Shown here: positions 1 through 11,104 of the stretch, piece after piece
Layout of the letters: the number at the start of each line of letters is the position of its first letter
How positions within the stretch are numbered: the first letter of the stretch is position 1
Source of the DNA: an uncultured delta proteobacterium
Lineage (GTDB): Bacteria; Desulfobacterota; Binatia; Binatales; Binataceae
Assembly: GCA_963711565.1 (NCBI GenBank)
Contig: CAVQEQ010000001.1
Coordinates: 128,001 to 192,000 of the forward strand
DNA length: 64,000 bases
Reading direction: 5' to 3'
The notes under the pieces: model-generated
Database searches by the model: none
Told to the model about the DNA's origin: nothing
What the model saw: only the letters and a program-made list of their open reading frames with translations
Made by a program: the position numbers and the translations under genes

Positions 1-954
<954 letters not shown>

Positions 955-1135
955 CGGATTTTCCAACGAACGGGCGTATTGACGTAGGGGCGTCTCGCCG
1001 ATGCACTGCAACAACCATGCGCACCCCCGATTAGCTGGAAATAGTATGGCTTATTAAGGATTTAGGCTCAAAACCCGAGCGGGATGCATGATCAGTCGGT
1101 AATTCTTACTGAGTAATTTCTACCGACTCAACGCT

Positions 1136-2671
1136 TCAGGCCGCGCGGTTAGCCGGATCCACCTCCGCAGCCGCATGGTCCTCTGCGAGCGTGGGAACCC
1201 GGCGCGCTTTGAGCTGATAGAGTTTCGGGTCGGCACGTATCGTCTTCCACCAGTAGCGAATCGTGCTACCCGACCAGTTGTTCGTAATGCGCCCGGCTTC
1301 GTTCTTGTACCAACTCTTTGCCGTGGACGCCCAAACTCTCTGTTCCAGCTCCTTTTGCTGGACGGCGTCGAACTCGTCCATCACGTCGCGTCGCAGATCT
1401 ATGGAAGAAGCGCCGCTCTCGTCCAGCCGCCGGATACAGTCGAGAATGTAGTTCGTCTGGCATTCGATCATGAAGATGATCGAGTTGTGCCCGAGGTTCG
1501 TGTTCGGTCCGTACATCAGAAACAGATTCGGGAATCCCGCGACGCTGATCCCGAGGTAGGCCTTCGCGCCACCCGCCCATTCGTCTTGCAAGAGGCGTCC
1601 GTCGCGCCCGCGAATCGCCATCGGCGCGAGGAATGCCGTTGACTCGAATCCGGTCGCATAGATCAGCACGTTGACGGGAATAGTGCGGCCGTCTTTGGTG
1701 ACGACGGCGCGTTCATCCAGATGGTCGATGCCGCTGGTTACGACCTCGACGTTTTCGCGGTTGAGGGTCGCATAATAGTCGTCGGAAATCAGAATACGCT
1801 TGCCGCCGACCGGATAGTCGGGAATCAACGCCTTCTGCAGCTTCGGATCTGTAACGGTCGCGCGCATGTAGGTCTCGGCAGCTTGCGCCATCCGCCGTGA
1901 CAGAAACGAAACGCCGCGGAAGACCGGCCAGTTGATCTCGTGCTGGCAGTAGATCAGCCAGCGGTAGAGCCGCGTCAGCACGGGATTGCGCGCGAACCGG
2001 CGCTTCTGGTCATCGGTGTACGCGAGGTCGTTTCGCGGCACCATCCAGTTCGCGCTGCGCTGGAAGATATAGACCTTGCCGGCCTTCGCCGCGATCTGCG
2101 GAATGAACTGGATCGCGCTGGCCGCGTTGCCGACGACGCCGACACTCTTACCAGTCAAGTCGATATCGTGACGCCATCGCGCCGAGTGGAACGACACACC
2201 CTTGAAGTTCTCGGCGCCGCGAAGCTTCGGCATGTTCGGCCGGTTCAACTGGCCGACGCCGGCGACCAGCACCTCGGCCAGGACTTCTTCACCCTTGGTG
2301 GTACGGATTCTCCAAACCGCCGCGTCTTCATCCCAACTCGCGCCGGCTATCTCCGTGCCGAAGCGGATGTGCCGCATGAGGTCGTACTTCTTCGCGCAAT
2401 CCTCCATGTACTGCAGGATCTCGGCCTGCGGCGCCCACTTCCGCGACCAATCGGTTTTCTGCTCGAACGAGAAGCAATAAGAAAACGACGGTACGTCGCA
2501 GGCTGCGCCGGGATAAGTGTTGTCGCGCCACGTCCCGCCAAGCCGGTCAGATTTCTCGAAGATGGTAAAGGAATCGATCCCCAACCGCGTGAGCTGTATG
2601 CCGAGGCACAGGCCCGAGAAGCCGGACCCGATGATCGCAATCCGCCGCGTCGCGCGACTATTCATGGACAT
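1136..2671 (-). CDS. Baeyer-Villiger / flavin-containing monooxygenase
   Basis: GSGFSG dinucleotide fold, GGTWRDNTYPGAACD, FKGVSFHSARW (FxGxxxHxxxW) and ATGF. An AGGAG RBS lies upstream of ATG 2671. Confidence 0.93.
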   Translation of the reverse strand: MSMNSRATRRIAIIGSGFSGLCLGIQLTRLGIDSFTIFEKSDRLGGTWRDNTYPGAACDVPSFSYCFSFEQKTDWSRKWAPQAEILQYMEDCAKKYDLMRHIRFGTEIAGASWDEDAAVWRIRTTKGEEVLAEVLVAGVGQLNRPNMPKLRGAENFKGVSFHSARWRHDIDLTGKSVGVVGNAASAIQFIPQIAAKAGKVYIFQRSANWMVPRNDLAYTDDQKRRFARNPVLTRLYRWLIYCQHEINWPVFRGVSFLSRRMAQAAETYMRATVTDPKLQKALIPDYPVGGKRILISDDYYATLNRENVEVVTSGIDHLDERAVVTKDGRTIPVNVLIYATGFESTAFLAPMAIRGRDGRLLQDEWAGGAKAYLGISVAGFPNLFLMYGPNTNLGHNSIIFMIECQTNYILDCIRRLDESGASSIDLRRDVMDEFDAVQQKELEQRVWASTAKSWYKNEAGRITNNWSGSTIRYWWKTIRADPKLYQLKARRVPTLAEDHAAAEVDPANRAA

Positions 2672-2946
2672 TGAGCAACTCTCCTGGCGTTGAGCGCAAT
2701 CGTTCCTGGAAATACACAGCTTACTCTGATTGCTTTCGAGAGGCTGCACCGCCGCCGAAGCCTAAACGGAGGCAGGCGCTTCAAACCCTCGGATTCGCCG
2801 ATTGCTACCAAACAAGTCATCGGGTTCAATTTTGCGTTTCGCGAGCAGGAATCATGTTGTACCGCTGGTCGCGCCAGATGGCTACATTTTGATATTTTTT
2901 GGTGACTTTGTTGAGCTAGGTAGTAAGCTAGCTGAAAGGAAATTCC

Positions 2947-3174
2947 ATGCGAGAAATCGGATCGTCCGAAGCAAAAAACAAGTTGAGCGCGCTCCTCGAC
3001 CAGGTCGAGCATGGGGCGGAAATTGTGATAACCCGCCGCGGAAGACCCGTCGCCAAATTAGTGCCCTCTGGGCCGGGATTCGAGCGCGCCGCCGCCGGTC
3101 TGCGCGAAGCCAGCAAGGGAATCAGGCTGCGCGGCCTCAACTTCAAGGACCTGATCAATGAAGGGCGCCCGTGA
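2947..3174 (+). CDS. Type II toxin-antitoxin antitoxin, Phd/YefM family
   Basis: 75 aa with EAKNKLSALLDQVEHGAEIVITRRGRPVAKL; AAGGA RBS; overlaps the next ORF by GTGA. Confidence 0.92.
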   Translation: MREIGSSEAKNKLSALLDQVEHGAEIVITRRGRPVAKLVPSGPGFERAAAGLREASKGIRLRGLNFKDLINEGRP

Positions 3175-3290
3175 GCTTTGTCTTTGATAATTCCGTCGCG
3201 CTCGCTTGGTGCTTCGTAGACCAGCACGCTCAACCGTTATTGGACCTTCTGGACAGCGTGGCTGAAACCGGCGCCTGCGTTAGCCATAGA
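3171..3290 (+). pseudogene. Truncated VapC/PIN-domain toxin
   Basis: MSFVFDNSVALAWCF is a PIN N-terminus coupled to the Phd antitoxin. Similarity stops after about 37 aa and the remaining acidic PIN residues are absent. Confidence 0.75.
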
Positions 3291-3376
3291 CGAGGCTGTC
3301 CCGCGATCGCTATGCCGGCGCACGCCACAAAGTCCGAAGCGTGGTATCGTAGGCGATCTCAATGGGGCCAACGAAT

Positions 3377-3859
3377 ATGGCGACCGTCAGAAAGCAGTCA
3401 GCGCCGCGGGCCGACACGCGCAAGATAAGAAACCTTACGGAAGAACTCAGCCGTGAAGAACATAGCCTCGGGATCCCCCTGCTCGACGCGGCAGTGGCGG
3501 GCGTCATTCTCGGCTTCAAGCCGGCGGATCGCGAGATGCGCGCGCAGGCGCAGCGATGCTGGGAGACCCTGAAGCCGCGACTCAATCAGCATCTGCTCAG
3601 CGAAGATGAAACCGTGCTGCCGTGGGCGGAAGATGCGGGCGGTATGTCGGTCGAGGCGATGAATCGGATCAAAAGCAGCCATCGAGAAATGCGCTCGCTG
3701 ATCGGCAAGCTCACCGGAGTGTCGTTCGAAAAAGATCCGGACAAAGTCGTCGCCGCGGCCGGCAAAGCGCTATGCGTGCTCGCTGTTAAGCTCGACGATT
3801 TGATCGACAGTGAAGAAATGCGGCTGTTGCCGGCGCTAAGAAAGATGTTGTTCGCTTAG
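3377..3859 (+). CDS. Hemerythrin-like (HHE) domain protein
   Basis: HLLSEDETVLPW, SHREMR and SEEMRLLPAL resemble HxxxE hemerythrin helices; the ligand set is partly degenerate. Confidence 0.65.
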   Translation: MATVRKQSAPRADTRKIRNLTEELSREEHSLGIPLLDAAVAGVILGFKPADREMRAQAQRCWETLKPRLNQHLLSEDETVLPWAEDAGGMSVEAMNRIKSSHREMRSLIGKLTGVSFEKDPDKVVAAAGKALCVLAVKLDDLIDSEEMRLLPALRKMLFA

Positions 3860-3894
3860 TTGCCCAGGCGGAAACTATACGCAGGAGCGAATCG

Positions 3895-5175
3895 ATGGAA
3901 ACCCAAGCGACCGGTAATCGTCTCGAAAGCGCGAATGAATTCTCACTCGACACGATTGATATCGTCACTCCCGACCACTACCAGAAAAACGGCTACCCGC
4001 ACGCCGAGTGGACGTACCTCCGCAAGCACCATCCCGTGTCCTACGTGGACCGGCCGCGAATGGATCCGTTCTGGGCGATCACCAAGGCGGCCGATATCAG
4101 GGAGATAAGCTGTCAGCCGCGCTTGTGGCTCAACGGTCCGCGGCTTGCGGTGTTTGTGCTGGACGAGGGCGACACCGGCCTCCCGCCCGAGCTGCCGCTC
4201 AAGCATCTGCTCAATATGGATCCGCCGGAGCACGGCGAGTATCGCTCGATCCTGAGCCAATACTTCACGCCGCGTTCGATTCGTGAGCTCGAGGCCGAGG
4301 TCACGAACATAACCGCCCAACTGCTCGACGACGTGATGGACCGCAAGGAATGCGACTTCGTCACCGAGATCTCGTCGAAGGTGCCGGTCGCAGTCATCGC
4401 GGAAATGCTCGGCGTGCCGAAGAAGGATCGGCCGACGATCTTCCGCTGGACGAATGAAATCATCGGCGGCGGCGATCCCGAGTTTCAGCGCGGCAAGGAT
4501 GCGAACGAAACCTTCGCCCAGGCGCGCATGGAAATGTTCACCTACTTCACCAACCTAGTCGAAGAGAGCCGCAAGCATCCCAACAAGAGCGTCACCAGTA
4601 TCATCTCGAACACGAAAGTAAACGGCGAGCCGCTGCCCGCGCTGGAACTGCTCTCCTACCTGTTGCTCCTGGTGGTGGCGGGCAACGAGACCACTCGCAA
4701 TGCGACCAGCGGCGGCCTGCTTGCGTTCATCGAAAATCCCGCTCAATTCCAACGGCTCAAGTCGGATCCCACGTTGATCAAATCCGCCGTCGAGGAAATC
4801 GTGCGCTGGACTTCGCCGGTGATCCAGTTTTGCCGCACCGCCACGAGCGATACCTTGGTGCGCGGGCAGAAGATTCGCGCGGGCGAGTCGGTGTGTTTGT
4901 TCTACCCCTCAGCCAGCCGCGACGAAGACGTCTTCGAGCAACCGTTCAAGTTCGACATCGGCCGCAACCCGAATCCCCATCTCTCGTTCGGCATCGGAGA
5001 GCATTTCTGTCTCGGGGCCAACCTTGCACGGCTGGAACTGACGGTGATCTTCAGAGAGCTGGCGAAACGGCTCGAGCACGCGGAATTGGCGGGACCGGTC
5101 GAGCGTCTGCGCTCGAGCTTCGTCGGCGGCATCAAGCACATGCCGATCCGTTACAAGCTCAAGCCCGCCGCTTAA
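3895..5175 (+). CDS. Cytochrome P450
   Basis: I-helix AGNETT, EEIVR (ExxR) and heme motif FGIGEHFCLG. Confidence 0.97.
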   Translation: METQATGNRLESANEFSLDTIDIVTPDHYQKNGYPHAEWTYLRKHHPVSYVDRPRMDPFWAITKAADIREISCQPRLWLNGPRLAVFVLDEGDTGLPPELPLKHLLNMDPPEHGEYRSILSQYFTPRSIRELEAEVTNITAQLLDDVMDRKECDFVTEISSKVPVAVIAEMLGVPKKDRPTIFRWTNEIIGGGDPEFQRGKDANETFAQARMEMFTYFTNLVEESRKHPNKSVTSIISNTKVNGEPLPALELLSYLLLLVVAGNETTRNATSGGLLAFIENPAQFQRLKSDPTLIKSAVEEIVRWTSPVIQFCRTATSDTLVRGQKIRAGESVCLFYPSASRDEDVFEQPFKFDIGRNPNPHLSFGIGEHFCLGANLARLELTVIFRELAKRLEHAELAGPVERLRSSFVGGIKHMPIRYKLKPAA

Positions 5176-5809
5176 GGCCGTTTCGCTGCGTGCGCCATCG
5201 CAACAGATCGAAGCGGTCCTGACCGAAGAACGGCTCGCCGTTGAAGACCATCAAGGGGACGCCCCAATGGCCGGCGCGCTTTTGCGCGGATTCATTCTCG
5301 GCGATTGCGGCTTCATAGCGAGCGGGGTCGCGCTCGATTTCCGAATCGAGTTTCGCGAGGTCCAGCCCCACACGATCCGCCGCCCGTGCCAGATGGTCGC
5401 CGAGATGCCAGTCTCTCACGCCGCCAAAAATGACGCCGCTCACTGCGGCGAGGAACGGTAATCCCTTGCCGGCAGCGGCGGCGGCGATGCCTAACCTGGT
5501 CAATCTGTGGATGTACGGTTGCTCCGTCGCCACCTCGCCGGTGCCCATGTTCATGAGAATCGGATCGGGGCTGGGCCACGCGAACGGCATGCCAAGCATT
5601 TCCGCGATCCGCGAGCAATCGCGAAAGAGATACGGCGGCCACATCGGATTCACCTGTTTGAAGAACCCGGGAATCCGGACCGCGATCGGATAGACCGGCC
5701 GCACGTTGGCCTTCACGTCGTACTCGCGCTCAAATTCAATCAGCCGCGGCGTAACGAGATAGGAATAGGGCGAGCGAAACGACCAGAACAAATCATACTC
5801 GAGTGTCAT
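5159..5809 (-). CDS. DsbA-like / 2-hydroxychromene-2-carboxylate isomerase family protein
   Basis: FWSFRSPYSY, WGVP and FFGQDR motifs; ATG at 5809 follows an AGGAG. Confidence 0.9.
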   Translation of the reverse strand: MTLEYDLFWSFRSPYSYLVTPRLIEFEREYDVKANVRPVYPIAVRIPGFFKQVNPMWPPYLFRDCSRIAEMLGMPFAWPSPDPILMNMGTGEVATEQPYIHRLTRLGIAAAAAGKGLPFLAAVSGVIFGGVRDWHLGDHLARAADRVGLDLAKLDSEIERDPARYEAAIAENESAQKRAGHWGVPLMVFNGEPFFGQDRFDLLRWRTQRNGLKRRA

Positions 5810-5996
5810 TTCCGTCTTGTCTCCTGAACGCGTCGAAAAGTCCAGAGTTCGTACTGCAGAGAGCGATAGATTCGCAGTTCGAGCACTGGAAAATCTCGCC
5901 GCTCTCGTGGCAAGCTGCGAATCTGATTGGCATGTTGGCATTGACCACTGCTGGATCGAAGCGTCGCAATGACCATCACGCACGGAGATAATCGAA

Positions 5997-7748
5997 ATGG
6001 CCGAGCCACTGGAAAAGCCGATTGGAGTGACCGCGAAGCCCACGCGACCGCAAGAGTTCTACGATAGCGTCAAGCGGAAGTTCGCCGAGGAACGCGACCT
6101 CCGGCTGAACTACCGCCCGGATGGCACGGCACAGTACACGTCCGAATTGACGGGCGAGCTGTCGAAATACGAAGTTGACCCGTACGCGGGCGAGATCAAG
6201 CCGCGCGAGCCCATCAACGACACCGTCGAAGTCCTGTTTATCGGCGGAGGATTCTCGGCGCTACTGACCTCCGCGCGGCTGCGCGAGCATGGCGTCGAGA
6301 GCATTCGCATCGTCGAGCGCGGCGCGGATGTCGGCGGCACGTGGTATTGGAACCGGTACCCCGGCGTGGCGTGCAACGTCGTCGCGTATGACTACCTGCC
6401 CTTGCTCGACGAGCTCGACTACGTACCCAAGGACCACTACGCGAAGGGCCCGGAGATCTTCGCCCATTGCCAGGCCATCGCCAGAAAATACAACCTGTAC
6501 GAGCTGGCAACCTTTCAGACCACGGTCACTTCCACTGTTTGGGATCCCGTGGAACAGATGTGGAACCTCACGACCGACCGTGGCGATCGGATGAAGGCGC
6601 GGTTCGTCATCTGTGCGAACGGCACTCTCTCCAAGCCCAAGCTGGCGAAGATCAAAGGTCTCGAAACGTTCAAAGGACATTCCTTTCACACCTCGCGCTG
6701 GGACTACGCTTACACAAAGCCGGATCTATCTGGCCTCGAAGACAAAGTCGTCGGCATCATCGGAACCGGAGCGACGGCGGTTCAGGCGATACCCGGCCTG
6801 GGTGCCGCGGCAAAAGAGTTATACGTGTTCCAGCGCACGCCCTCGTCAATCGATGTCCGCGACGACTGGCCGACCGATCCCAACTGGGCGCGCAAACTTA
6901 AGCCCGGATGGCAAACGAAGCGCCGCGAACGGGCCAAGATGCAGCCGTTCATGACGCAGGAGCAAAAGGCCAAGTATGCCGCGATGTCTGCTGGGGAGAA
7001 GGTCCGTCGGCAGGAGAATGCGAACATCGAGGCTATGATGAAGATCCATCAGCGCATCGATGCGATCGTCAAGGATAAGGCGACCGCCGACGCGCTCAAG
7101 CCGTGGTACATGCTGCTCTGCAAGCGGCCGTGCTTCCACAACGACTATCTGCCGACCTTCAACCGACCGAACGTCCATCTGGTTGATACGAAAGGCAAGG
7201 GCATCACGGAGATCAATGAGAAAGGTCCGGTATTCGAGGGTAGGCAGTACGAGCTCAACGTCCTTATCTACGCCACCGGCTTCGAAGTGCAGAAGACCGG
7301 CATCTACAACCAGATCAAAGGCGAGAATGGCATCGAGCTTAACGACAAGTATCGCGAAGGCATCCGCACCCTGCTAGGAATCCATTCACAGGGCTACCCG
7401 AATCTTTTCATCATGGGCGGCTATCAGGCTTCCTTCCAGTTCAACTTAACCGACATGCTACAGGCCCAGGGCGATCACATCGCCGCGTGTATCGATTACG
7501 CGCGCAGCAATGGCTTTCGGTCCATCGACGTGACCCGGGAGGCGGAGGAATGGTGGGTGCAGGAAGTTATCGAGCATCGCGGCAAGACCAGTCGTAACCA
7601 GGAGTGCACGCCCGGCTATTACAACTTCGAGGGTGAGTTCCAGCGGCGTCAGGACGGCAACTACAACGGCGGCTTCTTCCAGTACTGTAGCCACATGGGC
7701 GAGGTACAAAAGCGGATGGACGAGCACTTCGTCTTCAGCAGGAAGTAG
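5997..7748 (+). CDS. Baeyer-Villiger monooxygenase (cyclohexanone monooxygenase-like)
   Basis: GGGFSA, GGTWYWNRYPG, FKGHSFHTSRWD, GTGATA, KRPCF and CTPGYYN. Confidence 0.93.
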   Translation: MAEPLEKPIGVTAKPTRPQEFYDSVKRKFAEERDLRLNYRPDGTAQYTSELTGELSKYEVDPYAGEIKPREPINDTVEVLFIGGGFSALLTSARLREHGVESIRIVERGADVGGTWYWNRYPGVACNVVAYDYLPLLDELDYVPKDHYAKGPEIFAHCQAIARKYNLYELATFQTTVTSTVWDPVEQMWNLTTDRGDRMKARFVICANGTLSKPKLAKIKGLETFKGHSFHTSRWDYAYTKPDLSGLEDKVVGIIGTGATAVQAIPGLGAAAKELYVFQRTPSSIDVRDDWPTDPNWARKLKPGWQTKRRERAKMQPFMTQEQKAKYAAMSAGEKVRRQENANIEAMMKIHQRIDAIVKDKATADALKPWYMLLCKRPCFHNDYLPTFNRPNVHLVDTKGKGITEINEKGPVFEGRQYELNVLIYATGFEVQKTGIYNQIKGENGIELNDKYREGIRTLLGIHSQGYPNLFIMGGYQASFQFNLTDMLQAQGDHIAACIDYARSNGFRSIDVTREAEEWWVQEVIEHRGKTSRNQECTPGYYNFEGEFQRRQDGNYNGGFFQYCSHMGEVQKRMDEHFVFSRK

Positions 7749-7750
7749 CG

Positions 7751-8860
7751 CTACTGAACGGAAGAGGTTTCGATGTCTTTCGAGTTCGCCGGCAATGTCA
7801 GCAGCATACCGTCATAACCGATCAGTACGCCGCTCGGCCTAACATCGGAGACGCCGCGCATGAACGCGATCCGCGCGAGCACGTTCGGCGTCGGCGGACC
7901 CAGGTGGTTCAGCACCAGCAGCTGCACTCCGGCCTGATTCGCCTCTGATGCGGCGTCAACCGGCGTCGTGTGGTAGCGCTGGATGTCGGACATGATTTTC
8001 GCGATGCGCGCGTTACCGATCCCTTCCGCCCCTTCCTGGATCAGCTGCACGAGATGCGCAGACTGCGCTTCGTGAATCAGCAGGTCCGCGCCTGTAGCGA
8101 CCGCGACGAGATTGGCGCACTTGATCGTATCGCCGCTGACGACGACTGAGCGTCCCTTATAGTCAAATCGATAGCCATAGGCCGGCGCCACCGGCGCGTG
8201 ATCGACGGTGAATGCGGTGACCTTGAGTCCGTTCTCGTCGAGCACCGTCGCGGAGCCGCCTGCACATGGCGACGCGCCGGGCGGAGTGTCGATCTTCACA
8301 GTGATCGGCTGCATCTGCCAGTTCGCAGCCGGCATCAGCGCGGCGCCGTGATGCGCGATGCGGTAGCCTTCATCCAGCGAGTAGGCTTGGGCGAATCCAT
8401 CCACCACCTGCTCGACACCCGGCGGTCCGTACACGCGCAGCGGATGATCCCGCCCATTCGCCCACATCTCGAGGTTGGCTTCGCCGAGATCGCCGATATG
8501 ATCTGAATGAAAATGGGTGAGCAGAATCGCGGCAACCCGCGCCGCGGGAATACGCCACAGCGAGAGGTTCTTCCACGAGCCGGGGCCGATATCCACCAGG
8601 TAGATATTGCCGCCGGCGAAGATCGCGGTGCACGTGTTCGCACGATTGCGATCGGGCAGCGGATCTCCGGTACCGCACAACAAAACTCGCAGCGCGTCCG
8701 GCTCCAGCAGGTCGTTGCGCGTCGCCGCGAGGTTGTGCGCGATCACCCGGCGGAACAGAACATCCTGCAGCGCGGGTATGTGAATCATCCACCACGCAAT
8801 CGCGGCGAGCGCCACGATCACAGCTCCGGCCTGCATAAGTCTTCGCGAAAGTTTAGACAT
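7751..8860 (-). CDS. RNase Z/AtsA-like MBL-fold hydrolase with N-terminal membrane anchor
   Basis: LCGTGDP, THFHSDH, SGDT, HEA and HTT motifs; hydrophobic N-terminus. Confidence 0.88.
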   Translation of the reverse strand: MSKLSRRLMQAGAVIVALAAIAWWMIHIPALQDVLFRRVIAHNLAATRNDLLEPDALRVLLCGTGDPLPDRNRANTCTAIFAGGNIYLVDIGPGSWKNLSLWRIPAARVAAILLTHFHSDHIGDLGEANLEMWANGRDHPLRVYGPPGVEQVVDGFAQAYSLDEGYRIAHHGAALMPAANWQMQPITVKIDTPPGASPCAGGSATVLDENGLKVTAFTVDHAPVAPAYGYRFDYKGRSVVVSGDTIKCANLVAVATGADLLIHEAQSAHLVQLIQEGAEGIGNARIAKIMSDIQRYHTTPVDAASEANQAGVQLLVLNHLGPPTPNVLARIAFMRGVSDVRPSGVLIGYDGMLLTLPANSKDIETSSVQ

Positions 8861-8990
8861 TCAACCCTTCATCGACTGGCTGCAAATTTTGCCCGCCGAT
8901 TCGAGCGGGCACTGGATTCTCTTACAGCTTTCTCTCACCAAAAGCTCGTACTAGATTTCTCGCACGGGCCGGTAATCGAAAGGAGACACG

Positions 8991-10895
8991 ATGAAAGACG
9001 CGACCGAAGCTACGCGCGCCGCAAACCGCGCTGCGCTTGCACTGGTGCCGCTCGCGGATCGGCAGTCGTTCGAAGATGCTCGGCGGGGTTTTATCGAAGC
9101 GCTCGGCGACAAGCTGATCACGCGCGCCGACGGCAGGCTGGTATGGACGCTCAAGGGCTACGAGTTTCTCGAGAGCGAGAACGCGCCCGACAGCGTCCAT
9201 CCGGGACTGTGGCGCCACGCCCGGGTCAACACGGCCAACGGCCTCTATCGGGTCACGGATCGCGTTTACCAGCTGCGCGGTTTCGACGTATCCAACATGA
9301 CGATTATCGAGGGCGACACCGGTTTAATCGTGATCGATCCGCTCATCTCGACCGAGGTCGCCAGGGCGGCGATGGAGCTGTACCTGAAGCATCGGCCGCA
9401 TAAGCCTGTCGTCGCGGTCATCTATTCTCACAGCCACATCGATCACTTCGGCGGCGTTCGCGGTGTCGTCGAGGCCGACGACGTGGCGTCGGGCAAGGTA
9501 ACGATATGGGCGCCCGCGGGCTTCATGGCGGCGGCGGTGGGCGAAAACGTAATCGCGGGTAACGCGATGCTCCGGCGCGCGCTGTTCCAGTTTGGCGCGA
9601 TGCTGCCTCGGGGCGAGCGCGGGCAGGTCGACACCGGACTTGGCAAGAGCGTCTCGCTCGGCACCGTCACGCTGATTCCGCCGACCAATTTGATCGAAAA
9701 GCCGATCGAGACGCATCGCATCGACGGCGTCGAGATCATCTTCGAGCTGACCCCCGATGCCGAGGCGCCGGCCGAACTGATCATGTACTACCCGGATTTC
9801 CGCGTCCTCAACATGACCGAAATCACCACCCAGAATTTTCACAACCTGCTGCCGATGCGCGGGGCGCTGGTGCGCGACTCGCTGGCATGGTCGAAGTACA
9901 TCGGCGGCGCGCTTCATCGCTACGGCGCGTCGAGCGAGGTCCTTATCGCTCAACACAACTGGCCCGTGTGGAGCGGCGATCGCGTCCGCGGTTTTCTGCG
10001 CAAACAGCGCGACGCCTACAAGTTCGTGCACGATCAGACGGTGCGCCTGATGAATTACGGTTACGTCGGTGCTGAGATAGCCGAGAAGCTGAAGCTGCCC
10101 GCGAGCCTGAATCAGGAATGGTCGGCGCATTCGTTTTACGGCAACCTCAAACACAACATCAAGGCGATCTACCAGCGCTACCTAGGTCACTATGACGGCA
10201 ATCCAGCCAGCCTCGACTCACTGCCGCCGGTCGAGGCCGCGAAGAAAAGCGTCGAGTACATGGGCGGCTCCGAGGCGGTGCTCAAGAAGGCGCGCGAGGA
10301 TTACGCACGTGCCGAGTATCGATGGGTCGCGCAAGTGGCCTCGCAGCTCGTGTTTGCCGACCCTGCCAATCGCGACGCGCGCGAGCTTGGCGCCGACGCG
10401 CTCGAGCAGTTGGGCTACCAGTCGGAGTCGGCGACCGCGCGCAACGCGTATCTGCAGGGCGCCTTCGAGCTGCGCAATGGCGTGCCCAATCTCCCGGGCG
10501 GGTCCGGTGCGGCGCCGGACATTGTCCGATCGCTTCCGCTCGACATGTACTTCGATTTCATGGCGGTGCGGTTGAACGGCGACAAGGCCGCGGGCAAGAC
10601 AATCGTGCTGAACTGGCGCTTCACCGACACGAAGCAGGACTACGTACTCAATCTCGAGAACAGCGCGCTAACCTCCGTCAACGGCATGCAAGCGGACAAC
10701 GCCGACGCGACGCTGACATTGACCCGCGCGACGTTGGACGAGATTTCGCTCCAGAAGACTACTTTCGCGTCAGCGTTGCAGTCCGGGCAGATTGCGGTCG
10801 GCGGTAAAAGCGAAAAGTTCGTCGAGTTGCTAGAGATGCTCGACGTGTTCCCGATTCGGTTCCCGGTCGTTGAGCCGCGTCCGACGCTCAAATAG
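8991..10895 (+). CDS. Alkyl/aryl sulfatase (SdsA1/BDS1-like) with dimerisation and SCP2-like domains
   Basis: HSHIDHFGG, EAPAE, HNLLPMRGALVRD and YDGNPASL; AGGAG RBS. Confidence 0.93.
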   Translation: MKDATEATRAANRAALALVPLADRQSFEDARRGFIEALGDKLITRADGRLVWTLKGYEFLESENAPDSVHPGLWRHARVNTANGLYRVTDRVYQLRGFDVSNMTIIEGDTGLIVIDPLISTEVARAAMELYLKHRPHKPVVAVIYSHSHIDHFGGVRGVVEADDVASGKVTIWAPAGFMAAAVGENVIAGNAMLRRALFQFGAMLPRGERGQVDTGLGKSVSLGTVTLIPPTNLIEKPIETHRIDGVEIIFELTPDAEAPAELIMYYPDFRVLNMTEITTQNFHNLLPMRGALVRDSLAWSKYIGGALHRYGASSEVLIAQHNWPVWSGDRVRGFLRKQRDAYKFVHDQTVRLMNYGYVGAEIAEKLKLPASLNQEWSAHSFYGNLKHNIKAIYQRYLGHYDGNPASLDSLPPVEAAKKSVEYMGGSEAVLKKAREDYARAEYRWVAQVASQLVFADPANRDARELGADALEQLGYQSESATARNAYLQGAFELRNGVPNLPGGSGAAPDIVRSLPLDMYFDFMAVRLNGDKAAGKTIVLNWRFTDTKQDYVLNLENSALTSVNGMQADNADATLTLTRATLDEISLQKTTFASALQSGQIAVGGKSEKFVELLEMLDVFPIRFPVVEPRPTLK

Positions 10896-11104
10896 TCTAG
10901 GAATCGCCTACTGCTAACCTCGTGTCGCCTTCACCCCTCTGATCTGTCACCACTGGCGACAGTTTGACTTATGCTGCGCTAAATCACGTTATGTGGTGCT
11001 TCTTGCTAAGGAAACTAGCGGTGTACACTAGTTTATTCAGGTGCTACCGTTCTTTACGGTTGTTTCGTAGGTCGTAGCTTATTGCGTTTGCCACGGGGGA
11101 TCGG

